The notes under the pieces are model-generated. The model saw only the letters and a list, made by a program, of their open reading frames with translations. It was not told the origin of the DNA and did no database searches. The position numbers were made by a program, and so were the translations under genes. From Alphaproteobacteria bacterium (GTDB lineage Bacteria; Pseudomonadota; Alphaproteobacteria; Rs-D84), in contig JAVBUT010000002.1 of the NCBI GenBank assembly GCA_031555055.1, forward strand, positions 210,165-274,164: 64,000 nucleotides of DNA, read 5' to 3'. Shown piece after piece: positions 18,322-27,779 of this stretch. How positions within the stretch are numbered: the stretch's first letter is position 1; the number at the start of each line of letters is the position of its first letter.

Positions 18322-19680
18322 ATGAAAAAAAATATTCGGCGATTTTTTATTGCTGTTTCTATCTTATTAAATTTGTCCGCATGTGACCTGCAGCCAAAGA
18401 TTACCGCACTGCCGGATACGGTCGGTGACTTTATATCCACGCGGTATCCGGCATTGCTGGCGGATCCGACAACCCAGCCAGAAATATACGATTCCGCTGC
18501 GACCGATTACGGCGTTTATGCGTCTCCGGAACTGTACGGCACATCCGGTGAATCCAGCATGGATGATTATCTGATGTACGCCAGTGTGGACGATTACACA
18601 TTGCGGCCGCAACAGACCCAGGTTGTCCGGGTTCCGATTATCGAAACAAAATCCGGTCAGACGGTTATTGTCAGCACCCCCAGCCCAATGGACGATTATC
18701 TGATGGTGCCCGCGTACGAGCATGTTGTTCACGACACGGTCGAGGTAATTGTATCCAAAGGCGACACTCTGTATTCCATATCCAAGAAATATTCGACCAC
18801 GGTTGGCGAATTGGCGACGATGAATAAATTGTCCGCGCCATACGCGTTGTCGGTTGGCCAAAAGATAAAAGTTCCGGTGCTGAAGACTGTCCCGGTGATA
18901 GAGCCGGCACCGATCGTCACCGCCGCGCCGATCATGGCGACACCGGTCAAGGCAGAAGTAGTAGAAGTGACCGTTACCAAGGGCGACACATTGTATTCCA
19001 TGTCGCGCAAATATGCTTTGCCGGTCAATGATCTGGCGGTTATGAATAAATTAAAACCACCGTTTACGCTGTCTGTTGGTCAGAAATTAAAAGTGCCAAA
19101 AATAACGGATGTTGCAATGCCGGACAAGACAATCGTGCCGGTGCGAACCACGACTGTGCCGACATCGCCAATTGTCGCGGCATCGCCGACACCGGTGCCG
19201 AAAACGGTAACACCGATACCGGTCAGACCGATTGCAACGCCGGCGCCGGCAAAGGTATCCAGCGCGCCGACCGCGCCATTGCCTAAAATAACATCGCGGT
19301 CATCGTCAAAGTTTTCCTGGCCGGTGCGCGGAACGATATTGTCCGGATATGGCGCAAAATCGACAGGCTTGTTCAACGACGGAATCAATATCGCGGCCAG
19401 TGCCGGCACCAAGGTCGGTGCGGCTGAAAACGGCGTCGTCGCATATGCGGGCAATGAACTGAAAGGTATGGGTAACCTGGTAATCGTCCAGCATTCAGAC
19501 GGCTGGATGACAGTCTATGCGCATATGGACCAGATGTCCGTGCGACGCGGCGTCAAGGTTACCGTGGGTCAGAAAATCGGAACTGTCGGCAAGACCGGCA
19601 AGGTTGACCGTCCGCAACTGCACTTTGAAATCCGCAAGGGAACCAAGGCGTACGATCCGAATGCATATTTAAAGAAATAA
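18322..19680 (+). CDS. nlpD: NlpD-like lipoprotein with two LysM domains and a C-terminal M23 peptidase domain
   Basis: Lipobox LSAC. Two LysM repeats (VSKGDTLYSISKKY...GQKIKVP). C-terminal M23 fold (AYAGNELKGMGNLVIVQH...HFEIRKG). Confidence 0.8.
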   Translation: MKKNIRRFFIAVSILLNLSACDLQPKITALPDTVGDFISTRYPALLADPTTQPEIYDSAATDYGVYASPELYGTSGESSMDDYLMYASVDDYTLRPQQTQVVRVPIIETKSGQTVIVSTPSPMDDYLMVPAYEHVVHDTVEVIVSKGDTLYSISKKYSTTVGELATMNKLSAPYALSVGQKIKVPVLKTVPVIEPAPIVTAAPIMATPVKAEVVEVTVTKGDTLYSMSRKYALPVNDLAVMNKLKPPFTLSVGQKLKVPKITDVAMPDKTIVPVRTTTVPTSPIVAASPTPVPKTVTPIPVRPIATPAPAKVSSAPTAPLPKITSRSSSKFSWPVRGTILSGYGAKSTGLFNDGINIAASAGTKVGAAENGVVAYAGNELKGMGNLVIVQHSDGWMTVYAHMDQMSVRRGVKVTVGQKIGTVGKTGKVDRPQLHFEIRKGTKAYDPNAYLKK

Positions 19681-19800
19681 AATTAAAGACAATGGCACAT
19701 CTGGTGACGGGGCCGGTGGCTTATGTATGTTTAATACACAACGCCATCGGCCTCGCCATCATCTGCACCATTCTTTTTAATTTTAAACAGCAGAGTTTAA
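19681..19800 (+). repeat. family-C stop-codon-adjacent element, diverged copy, directly 3 prime of nlpD
   Basis: taaaattaaagacaatggcacatctgg...ggtggcttatgtatgtttaatacacaacgccatc...cattctttttaattttaaacagc. Homologous to 42437-42565 and 63758-63885. Confidence 0.6.
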
Positions 19801-19815
19801 ATTTTTTTTCTGTAA

Positions 19816-20349
19816 TTATTCCAATATTCCGCAGGCATACCGTCCGCCACCACCGCCCAACGGTTGTGGGGTGTCGCTGTAATTATCGCCACCGTCATGG
19901 ATTATGATCGCACGACCGCGGACTTTGTTCAGGTTGAACTTTGATACTATGAACAGCTCGTCAATATTTCCGCGTTCGTCTGCATATACCACAGGCAAAT
20001 CGCCGGCGTGTCCGCCGCCACCAGGGCCCTTGTGCGTTCCGGTATTCCTGGGGTCATAGTGTGCCCCCGCGGCCAGACCGCGGCCAATCGTGCCATCCGG
20101 CCCGTTCGGCCCACATGACGTGCCGACATGAATGTGCATCCCGTGCAACCCTGTGGGAACATCGGTCATTGAAACCGCTATTTCTATTCCGTTTGGTACA
20201 CCGCGCAAGGCAATGTCCCCCAGCGGTTCTGCCATGCCTGTATCCGACAACCGATGCATTGTAGCACGCAGGGTAGTATCCTGTTTTTCGCACCCCAGCA
20301 TAACGCCAATGCATGCGATAATTGACATGATCAAAAGTATGTTTTTCAT
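19816..20349 (-). CDS. sodC: periplasmic Cu,Zn superoxide dismutase
   Basis: HGMHIHVGTSC, GGGGHAGDLP and GGGGGRYACGIL motifs. Lipoprotein-type signal (IIACIGVMLGC). Confidence 0.85.
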   Translation of the reverse strand: MKNILLIMSIIACIGVMLGCEKQDTTLRATMHRLSDTGMAEPLGDIALRGVPNGIEIAVSMTDVPTGLHGMHIHVGTSCGPNGPDGTIGRGLAAGAHYDPRNTGTHKGPGGGGHAGDLPVVYADERGNIDELFIVSKFNLNKVRGRAIIIHDGGDNYSDTPQPLGGGGGRYACGILE

Positions 20350-20518
20350 TTGCCGGGCCTAGTCGTTATGTTTCGATTATAAAACGACAGGGCCCATTGT
20401 AATAGCGTGTATCACAAGCATTGCGGGCCCCGTCATTCCTCTCTCTCCTGCGCCGGTGTGGCGGCATGGAAAGAATAGCCCGCATATTTAAAAAAATCCA
20501 TAGGAACAAAAGCAGATA

Positions 20519-21082
20519 TCAGTTGCGAAAGTCACAGTCAATCAGATGATCATTCACATATCCGGTCGCCTGCAGGTGGGAATAGCATATGACAGTGCCA
20601 AAAAACTTAAACCCGCGCTTTTTCATGTCGTGCGCGATCGTATCTGACAATTCAGAACGTGCAGGGATGTCGGCCAGTGTCTTGATATTGTTTATAATCG
20701 GCTTTCCGTTCGGCAAAAACGATTTTATATAATTACAGAAACTGCCGAATTCTTTTTGCACTTTGATAAAGAGTTTTGCATTATTGATCGTGGCCATGAT
20801 TTTCAGACGGTTGCGAACAATGCCGTCGTCGTTCATCAGGCGCGCGACATCGGAATCAGTGAACTTGGCGACTTTGTCCACGTCAAAATTCGCGAATGCG
20901 CGCCGATAGTTTTCACGCTTGCGCAATATTGTGATCCAGGACAGTCCGGCTTGGGCCGATTCCAGTGTAAGAAATTCAAACATTGTTTTGTCGTCAGTGA
21001 CCAGTTTGCCCCATTCGGTATCGTGATATTTGATATACAGCGGATCATTCCCGCACCATCCACAGCGTTTTGTCTGTTTCAT
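20519..21082 (-). CDS. tag: DNA-3-methyladenine glycosylase I
   Basis: RCGWCGNDPLYIKYHDTEWG and ESAQAGLSWITIL signature. Zinc ligands C..C...H...C present. Confidence 0.85.
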   Translation of the reverse strand: MKQTKRCGWCGNDPLYIKYHDTEWGKLVTDDKTMFEFLTLESAQAGLSWITILRKRENYRRAFANFDVDKVAKFTDSDVARLMNDDGIVRNRLKIMATINNAKLFIKVQKEFGSFCNYIKSFLPNGKPIINNIKTLADIPARSELSDTIAHDMKKRGFKFFGTVICYSHLQATGYVNDHLIDCDFRN

Positions 21083-21145
21083 AATGATTCCTTCTTTATA
21101 ACCCCCAGTATATCAGAAATAAAATGCCCGCAAGGGGCATTTGAT

Positions 21146-21180
21146 TTATGGTGGTGGGGGATATTACACAATTATCGAAC
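21146..21180. repeat. att-like direct repeat R1 (hairpin + ttatggtgg...attatcgaac); copy of R2 at 21781
   Basis: ttatggtggtgggggatattacacaattatcgaac preceded by hairpin aaatgcccgcaaggggcat. Same architecture as the tRNA-Lys 3 prime end plus terminator at 23050-23085. Confidence 0.5.
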
Positions 21181-21269
21181 TTCGCCAAAAGGCTTCGTAC
21201 GACAAGTCGAACTAATTTCCCAAGAAAATTTCTTGGTTTGGTTCATAAAATCAGATAATTTAAAAAAAA

Positions 21270-21719
21270 TTAACCCCGCCCCATACCTTTCCACGCATCG
21301 GCATATTTTTTATTTTTCCATTCTTCAACAGTGTTTCCTGCTTCTAAAAAATTAAACATTTCATATTTTTTCTTTTCAGCCAATTCTTGACTATTTCCAC
21401 CATTATCTACGAAATGATTCAACAATATCATAACATCATTTTCTGGAACATGAAGCGCATACCAAAATACAGATGTATGTCGTTTATTGTCATAACATGG
21501 CATCTTATCACACATTTTACGCCAATTTCTGAAACAACAGGACGAGCAACTGCTAACGCCTATGTTATCATCATTGTCCCACATATTCACAGAAGCGCAA
21601 ACATTGTTTTCAATTGAACGCTCTTTTAAATAAGATGGAATATTTTTCATTTTGCACCTGTTTTTTGAATAATAGTTCGATAATTGATAAAAGACAATAT
21701 TTTTATTAAAACACATCAT
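21270..21719 (-). CDS. hypothetical Cys-rich protein, AT-rich islet gene
   Basis: 149-aa ORF at about 33% GC, between att-like repeats R1 and R2. Confidence 0.4.
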   Translation of the reverse strand: MMCFNKNIVFYQLSNYYSKNRCKMKNIPSYLKERSIENNVCASVNMWDNDDNIGVSSCSSCCFRNWRKMCDKMPCYDNKRHTSVFWYALHVPENDVMILLNHFVDNGGNSQELAEKKKYEMFNFLEAGNTVEEWKNKKYADAWKGMGRG

Positions 21720-21780
21720 CTAACCGGTCAAAGAGCGTGCGAATACAAAGAAAAACGCACCCGTAACAGGTGCGTGTGTT

Positions 21781-21821
21781 TTATGGTGGGGGATATTACA
21801 CAATTATCGAACTAATTTCCC
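21781..21821. repeat. att-like direct repeat R2
   Basis: ttatggtgggggatattacacaattatcgaactaatttccc preceded by hairpin aaacgcacccgtaacaggtgcgt. Confidence 0.5.
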
Positions 21822-21893
21822 GGGTGAGTTTGTTGAATTAGTAAGAAAGATATAAAACTTTATAAATAAAAATTAATATGTTACAATTCAATC

Positions 21894-22973
21894 ATGATTC
21901 TTCTAGACTATAATATTCTTGAACAAAAGAAAAACACTTTGGATAAAAAAGTGTTCAAAAAATTACAAAAGAAAGCGGATGAAGCACTATATGCTAAAAA
22001 TGAAACGATTTTAGATTTTCCAGGCTTTCCGAAAGATAAAAAAGATTATTATAGCCTGGCTGCGTATTATCATAAATCACCAGACGGAAAATACATTAAG
22101 CATGATGGTATATATAACCAAGAATCACGTAATGGCCCCAAGGATGTTATGTCGCGATTAACGGATGATGTATTGATTCTTGCTTTGGCTGGGTACTTTA
22201 TTGATAAAAAATATTCCGCACGTGCCGCAGAACGCCTTTCTGCTTGGTTTTTGAGCCCAAACGGCATGAATCCAAACTTAATCTATGCCCAGGCCATACC
22301 GGGCAATGATATTGGACGTCCTGCTGGAATTATTGATGCTCATCACTGGATAAATATTATAACGGCGATTGATTTAATTGAACTTGTAATAACAGATAAT
22401 AAATTTCTGACAGAAATGAAAGAGTGGTTTGGTAAATTTGCGGATTGGTTGCATACCAGTGATAATGCCAATAATGTCCGTGAAATCGGAAATAATATTA
22501 ACGCGTGGAGAAATACGGCAACGCTTGTATTTGCATTATTTGCTGGTAATCGGGATAAAATTGTTAATAAATGTTATGATGAATTTAAAGATATATTAGA
22601 ATCAAAGACTGATGAACAAGGGTGCTTTGTTAGTGAATTAGATAGAACAAGATCATTACACTATAACCTATTTTTTCTTGACGCTATGGCCGTTGCGGCC
22701 GAGGCAGCATACAATCAAGGTATTGATCTTTGGCACTATTTTTCGCCAACGAAAAAGAACATAGAAAATTCATTTGATTTTCTGGGGCAATTTTTGATGG
22801 GCAAACCATGGCCGTATCCACAAATGACGGAAGAGTTTAAGAAACGAAATTCTTTTTATATTGCTGCGGTTCGCTTGAATCGACCCGATTTTATAGATAT
22901 TAATCAAGGGCTTGTGGATAATACTTGGCACGCGCACCTTGGTCCAGCTTGGCTATGGCATGGCGAACATTAG
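21894..22973 (+). CDS. polysaccharide-lyase-like protein (alginate lyase / heparinase II/III-like fold), AT-rich islet gene
   Basis: 359 aa. Motif region RSLHYNLFFLDAMAVAAEAAYNQGIDLW resembles the alginate-lyase NNHSYW core. About 34% GC. Adjacent to tRNA-Lys. Confidence 0.4.
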   Translation: MILLDYNILEQKKNTLDKKVFKKLQKKADEALYAKNETILDFPGFPKDKKDYYSLAAYYHKSPDGKYIKHDGIYNQESRNGPKDVMSRLTDDVLILALAGYFIDKKYSARAAERLSAWFLSPNGMNPNLIYAQAIPGNDIGRPAGIIDAHHWINIITAIDLIELVITDNKFLTEMKEWFGKFADWLHTSDNANNVREIGNNINAWRNTATLVFALFAGNRDKIVNKCYDEFKDILESKTDEQGCFVSELDRTRSLHYNLFFLDAMAVAAEAAYNQGIDLWHYFSPTKKNIENSFDFLGQFLMGKPWPYPQMTEEFKKRNSFYIAAVRLNRPDFIDINQGLVDNTWHAHLGPAWLWHGEH

Positions 22974-23080
22974 TTCGATAATGGATGATTTTTGGTGTTT
23001 TTGGAAAAACACATAATCGAACTCACCCAAGAGCATGTAAATCCAAAGAAAACCGCCCTTTGCGGGCGGTCAGTGTTTCA

Positions 23081-23156
23081 TGGTGGACGAGCAGGGACTC
23101 GAACCCTGGACCCACTGATTAAGAGTCAGTTGCTCTACCAACTGAGCTACTCATCC
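23081..23156 (-). tRNA. tRNA-Lys (anticodon CUU)
   Basis: Cloverleaf read from the reverse complement: GGATGAG/CTCGTCC acceptor stem, D-loop AGTTGGTA, anticodon loop CTCTTAA, T-loop GGTTCGAGTCC, CCA encoded. Terminator hairpin at 23052-23070. Confidence 0.9.
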
Positions 23157-23440
23157 ACAAACTAAAAACGTCTTTTCTGAAAATCACGTCCGCTGGACGG
23201 GGTGACAAAAGACCAGCAGATTATATATAGTTTTCCGCCAAATGCAAGTATTTTTGCCATACTGGGCGGGGACGCCGGATGATCGGACAGGCGCCCTCGG
23301 CCCCAGCGCGAATTTAATGTATGTCAAAAACAGCCGTATGTGCACTGTTTGACGGGATTCCTGGGGATTGATACCTGACGAGAAACTATGGAATATATGG
23401 TATTCTGTTCGTTGTAACAAAAGGAACAAAGGAGAACCTG

Positions 23441-23968
23441 ATGAAACAACTATTAAGAAACTTATGTATGTTTGCGTCCGTACTGGGCGTTGTCGCGATT
23501 ATGGGTGGGTGCTCGTCATCTGACACATCCAAAGATGTAGAATACACCCAGACACACCAGAATGACGATGTAACAAATATCAAGGCCAAGATGTACCAAA
23601 AGTACGGCAACAAAGATAGAATGGGCGAGATCAAATTTGCCGAGACCGACAGCGGGCTGAAAATGACAGTCGATCTGAAAGACGTCAGACCGAACACGGA
23701 ATACAATGTTTACGTGTATGAACTGAAAGGCTGCGACATGAAAAAGGAAAAGAAAGACATGCGCGGTATGTGCGAAAAAACAAAGCAGGATATTGATCTG
23801 CCTATGCTGAAAGGTGACATGAATGGAAAGATTGCCACCACATACATGATTCGCGGTATAACTGCGGCTGATCTGGATAACAAGAAAATCGTGTTGAGCC
23901 GTGAAAACGACAGCGGCGAAGAGGTTCACGTCGGCTGGGGGATGTTGAAAGAAGGAATGATGTTCTAA
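23441..23968 (+). CDS. lipoprotein with a degenerate Cu,Zn-SOD-like fold (metal-binding His replaced: YNVYVY instead of HGFHIH)
   Basis: Lipobox IMGGCSS. GEIKFAETDSGLKMTVDLK and LPML..G....KIVLSREN align to SodC strands. Copper/zinc ligand positions are not His. Confidence 0.45.
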   Translation: MKQLLRNLCMFASVLGVVAIMGGCSSSDTSKDVEYTQTHQNDDVTNIKAKMYQKYGNKDRMGEIKFAETDSGLKMTVDLKDVRPNTEYNVYVYELKGCDMKKEKKDMRGMCEKTKQDIDLPMLKGDMNGKIATTYMIRGITAADLDNKKIVLSRENDSGEEVHVGWGMLKEGMMF

Positions 23969-23978
23969 AGCAAAATAA

Positions 23979-24004
23979 AAAACCGGCCGTTCGGCCGGTT
24001 TTTA
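23979..24004. terminator. bidirectional terminator
   Basis: aaaaaaccggccgttcggccggttttt. Confidence 0.7.
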
Positions 24005-24448
24005 TCTGATTTGTTTTTCGCGCAATTTATACGCCTTGATTTGTTCCGAATACAGTGTGTTGAAACGTCGCGCCGCGTTTTTTAACATGGTTCGTTCGTC
24101 CTTGGTCAGTTCCCGGTTTAATCCGGCTTTTTTAATATCCTTGATTGCGTCCATGTCGATTTGATAAATTTCATCCGCGGTCAGTGTCGCATTTTTCATT
24201 TTTCTGGACTGGGTTTTCAACTGTTCGGTGCGTTTGTTTATCTCGGCAAAATCAAGTATTACGTCGCCGATTAAACGTTGGGCGCCGGATAAAACAGGGT
24301 CGCTGCCAAGATTGATTTGCGCGCCTGTGGTCTGGGTGTGTCTGGCGCTGTCCAGCTTGGTTTTAAGATCCGCCCGGATATATGATATTACCAAATTCAT
24401 ATCCTTGCCTGCGGCCATTTTTCTGCCGGCTTTTTTCAAAAAATTCAT
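24002..24448 (-). CDS. hypothetical basic protein (start at MNFLKKAGRK)
   Basis: RBS AAGGAGAAAAATATG at 24446-24462 (minus strand). 148 aa, coiled-coil-like, no known domain. Confidence 0.45.
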   Translation of the reverse strand: MNFLKKAGRKMAAGKDMNLVISYIRADLKTKLDSARHTQTTGAQINLGSDPVLSGAQRLIGDVILDFAEINKRTEQLKTQSRKMKNATLTADEIYQIDMDAIKDIKKAGLNRELTKDERTMLKNAARRFNTLYSEQIKAYKLREKQIR

Positions 24449-24600
24449 ATTTTTCTCCTTGCTTTTGTGATCCGATACCAATGTAAGGCATACAGTTTCT
24501 TTTTCAAGAAGCCAGACTTGTATATACATTATCTCACTGAAATATCTTTAAAATTTAATTTGAGAATTAATTCCCATTTGCTAACCTGTTATCCGGAGAG

Positions 24601-26163
24601 ATGAGAAATTTAGTCGTATTTTTATTAATGATGACCGTGGGCTTTGGCGCGCCGGCCAATCAGCCGGTTTATATCGATTCGATTATCGTCGGAAAAAATC
24701 TGGATATATTCGATAACACCGTTATAACAAAACAATCAATAGTTGATGTGGATCGTGTAAATATTATAGACACCGTATATTTGGATAACCGTGGCAATAT
24801 TTATGGCGATATTTTTATCCGGGACGGATATATGCTGACACTGCGCAACAGCGGTATGATTTCCGGGGCTGTGCATACCGGTGAAAATTCGCATCTGGTC
24901 CAGGTGATAAAAACACAGAACGACATTACACAGCTTAATGCGCCTGATTCCGGTTTTTCAATATTGGTGCAGAATAAAGAGCCGCTAAAACTGTCCGACA
25001 TTATCGGGATATCTGTCGGTGCGGATCGGATAGTCTTGGACGGTGCATCCATATTTATTTCGCCGGCGCCGATCGCCAAGACATTGCGCGCAACGGCGGA
25101 ACCGAATATAGAACTGGTCGGCGAAACAATTGTTAAAATCCCAAATGCCAAAAACATGGATGGCAAAATGATCCTGTCAAATGTATCCGGCGATGGCGTG
25201 ATTCTGGTACAGGATACAGGCCTGGGGCCTTTGTACGCGGCGACGGCGGTTCGTCGTGAAGACGGGATATATCTGCATGTTGCGCGCGAAACAGATTATG
25301 GCAAAATACTGGGCGCGGGGCGTGGCGCATTTATAGATAAATTGCGTAATATTGATCCGGAAAATAAAACGATATTGGCGCTGGATCGTGCGGCCGATAT
25401 GAATGAATTTCAAAGATTCGCCGCGTCATCCGCCTTGCTGAATCCGATAAATTTGATACGTCCGGTGAAAATATTTAACAAGTTCGAAACATCCGGATTT
25501 TTATCCATGGACGAAGTATCCGGATTGGAACCAATTTGTATAACATCCGACTGGTTGGATTTGTACGCCGCGAAATTACGCGCAGCTTTTAATATCGATA
25601 ATTTCAATATCGCTGTGAACGCCTATGCCGGCGGTTTTGATTCCAATACCGATCTGGATAGTTTTTCAGGTAATTTTTACGGTGGAAATATTGATTTTAT
25701 ATTTTCATACAAATCCTTGTGGATAGACTCTGGTCTGGGGTTCACGGTATCAAGATTTGAAACTGGCGCAATATTTGACGGTAATGATTTCGTATATGAT
25801 CCCAGCGGGATTTCAATTTACGGCGTGGCGGATATCGGGTACAGGTTTGATTTAAATAATGATTTTTATGTATCGCCGTTTGTCGGTTTTGGCGCGGAAT
25901 ATGATTCTGTTTTGTATCAAGACGACACATCGGTATTTGCGCGCGCGGGCGCATATGCCGGATACTCATTCAATGAAATCGGAATCAAATACGATTATCA
26001 TATTTTTGCAATGGCGCAAACGGACGAAACGGTCATGACCGGAATTAGAATGAGTTTCTGGTCTGTCGTCGACCGCATGGGCGGCGATATTTCGTATGCA
26101 ATATCAGATGACGAAGTTGGGATTTCGCATAAATTTTCTGCCGGAATCAGATTTATGTTTTAA
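24601..26163 (+). CDS. outer-membrane protein with autotransporter-like C-terminal beta-barrel domain
   Basis: Signal peptide. C-terminal about 250 aa show alternating aromatic/hydrophobic beta-strand pattern ending in the terminal F (SAGIRFMF). Confidence 0.5.
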   Translation: MRNLVVFLLMMTVGFGAPANQPVYIDSIIVGKNLDIFDNTVITKQSIVDVDRVNIIDTVYLDNRGNIYGDIFIRDGYMLTLRNSGMISGAVHTGENSHLVQVIKTQNDITQLNAPDSGFSILVQNKEPLKLSDIIGISVGADRIVLDGASIFISPAPIAKTLRATAEPNIELVGETIVKIPNAKNMDGKMILSNVSGDGVILVQDTGLGPLYAATAVRREDGIYLHVARETDYGKILGAGRGAFIDKLRNIDPENKTILALDRAADMNEFQRFAASSALLNPINLIRPVKIFNKFETSGFLSMDEVSGLEPICITSDWLDLYAAKLRAAFNIDNFNIAVNAYAGGFDSNTDLDSFSGNFYGGNIDFIFSYKSLWIDSGLGFTVSRFETGAIFDGNDFVYDPSGISIYGVADIGYRFDLNNDFYVSPFVGFGAEYDSVLYQDDTSVFARAGAYAGYSFNEIGIKYDYHIFAMAQTDETVMTGIRMSFWSVVDRMGGDISYAISDDEVGISHKFSAGIRFMF

Positions 26164-27575
26164 ACAATCTCCCCGCGCAGTGACGATTTATTAGCAGCAG
26201 TGATTTTAATGTTTTGCAGGGGCGAATCATTAGTGTCGCAACACGCGCTTACGACCACCTGCTGCATATACGGGGTACGAAATATCAGATTATTTCCGGT
26301 TTTGTCGGGTCCTTCGGTCAGACATTCAAAAGTTTTTCCAACGCATGATTCGTTAAATTCGCGCTGCAGATCGTTCAGGTATCCGTCCAGAATTTTCAGA
26401 CGTTCGCGTTTTTCCGGTTCAGAAATCTGATCCTTCATCAGTGCCGCCGCGGTATGGGGGCGGGGCGAATATTTGAACGAATAAGAATTTATATAACGAA
26501 CGCGTTTTGCGATTTCCATGGTTTTTGCGAAATCCGCGTCCGTCTCGCCAGGGAATCCGACGATAAAGTCCGACGATATTTGGATGTCCGGCCGCGCCGC
26601 GCGCAAACGGTCCACAATATCAATATACAGTTCCAAAGAATAAGGCCTGTTCATGCGGGTCAGAACATTCTGTGATCCGCTTTGGATCGGCAGGTTTAAA
26701 AACGGCAGTAATTTTGGTTCCGTCCGGAACAGGTCGATCAGATCATCTGTCATCTCGGTCGGATAGCTGGAAGTGAATCTTATGCGCTGTATCTGGGGCA
26801 GGGTGGCGGTTTCTTTGATAAGATCGGATAATGTACTGATTTCTGATTCCTGACTTGTCCGCCGAAGCATCTGCGGAGGTGGATTCCTAATTCCTTTATA
26901 CCCGTTCACATTTTGCCCCAGGAAACAAATTTCGATCGCGCCGGTTTCGGCGGCATGGCGGACATCGCGCATAACGCCATCGAATGGTCGCGACAGTTCT
27001 GGTCCGCGCGTGTATGGCACGATACAGTACGTGCAGACGTGGTTACAGCCTTCTTGGATCGGGATATATGCGATGGCCGGCGATGATGACATTTGGGGCA
27101 ACTCGTCGAATTTTTCAAGCCCACCAAGATCGACGTTTAATAAACGTGTGTCCGGATTGTCGATAATTTCCGGCAATTTGTGATAACTCTGTGGTCCCAA
27201 GACAAAATTTAATTCTGGTATTCTGCGGAATGCGTCGGCGCCGCTTTCGCGTGCGACACATCCGACAATGCCAAACAGCGCGTCCGGCTTTTTTGCCAAA
27301 CGGATTCGCCCCAGTGCACTGAACACTTTATTGGTCGCTTTTTCGCGCACGGAACAAGTGTTCAGAATAATCAGATCGGCATTCACGATTTCTGATGTTT
27401 CCGTCCAGCCGCGTTGTATTAACATGCTTGCGATACGCTGGCCGTCATAGACGTTCATCGCACAACCAAAGGTTTGGATGTGGAACAAATTCCCCGCCTG
27501 GGGCGGGGTGCCGTCGCCGTTATGCGTGGCGGGGTGGGTTAAAGAATTCGAAATATCCAATTTGTTTTTTTTCAT
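26160..27575 (-). CDS. miaB: tRNA-2-methylthio-N6-dimethylallyladenosine synthase MiaB (radical SAM)
   Basis: MTTase N-domain FHIQTFGCAMN, radical-SAM CNHVCTYC and TRAM domain. In-frame composite repeat at 26836-26896 encodes GIRNPPPQMLRRTSQESEI. Confidence 0.85.
   Translation of the reverse strand: MKKNKLDISNSLTHPATHNGDGTPPQAGNLFHIQTFGCAMNVYDGQRIASMLIQRGWTETSEIVNADLIILNTCSVREKATNKVFSALGRIRLAKKPDALFGIVGCVARESGADAFRRIPELNFVLGPQSYHKLPEIIDNPDTRLLNVDLGGLEKFDELPQMSSSPAIAYIPIQEGCNHVCTYCIVPYTRGPELSRPFDGVMRDVRHAAETGAIEICFLGQNVNGYKGIRNPPPQMLRRTSQESEISTLSDLIKETATLPQIQRIRFTSSYPTEMTDDLIDLFRTEPKLLPFLNLPIQSGSQNVLTRMNRPYSLELYIDIVDRLRAARPDIQISSDFIVGFPGETDADFAKTMEIAKRVRYINSYSFKYSPRPHTAAALMKDQISEPEKRERLKILDGYLNDLQREFNESCVGKTFECLTEGPDKTGNNLIFRTPYMQQVVVSACCDTNDSPLQNIKITAANKSSLRGEIV
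26836..26896. repeat. composite GAATCAG-heptamer/core element inserted in-frame in miaB (reverse orientation of the sufS copy)
   Basis: ctgatttctgattcctgacttgtccgccgaagcatctgcggaggtggattcctaattcc. The core matches 10426-10462 with 1 mismatch. Confidence 0.75.
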
Positions 27576-27766
27576 TATTTTTTCTTGGTTTTTTCGCCAC
27601 GTGTTTTTTTGCCGATTACGTTTTTCTTGGCGCCAAAGGCCGCAGCGGCTGCAGCCTGTTCATTGGTCGCGGTGCCGATCAAGGGCGACGAAAAATCAAA
27701 ATATTGTATCCCGGTGACTGCATAATCCGGATTTTTGATAACCTTGATTTCGTTTTTATTTGACAT
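27575..27766 (-). CDS. small hypothetical protein (63 aa, Ala-rich centre, Lys-rich tail)
   Basis: AAGGA RBS. Stop overlaps the miaB start. No known family. Confidence 0.3.
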   Translation of the reverse strand: MSNKNEIKVIKNPDYAVTGIQYFDFSSPLIGTATNEQAAAAAAFGAKKNVIGKKTRGEKTKKK

Positions 27767-27779
27767 GTTCCTTCCTTTT

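Noticed and set aside
19692-19907. 71-aa ORF after nlpD
   Set aside because: Falls inside the family-C structured repeat and runs antisense into the sodC 3-prime end.
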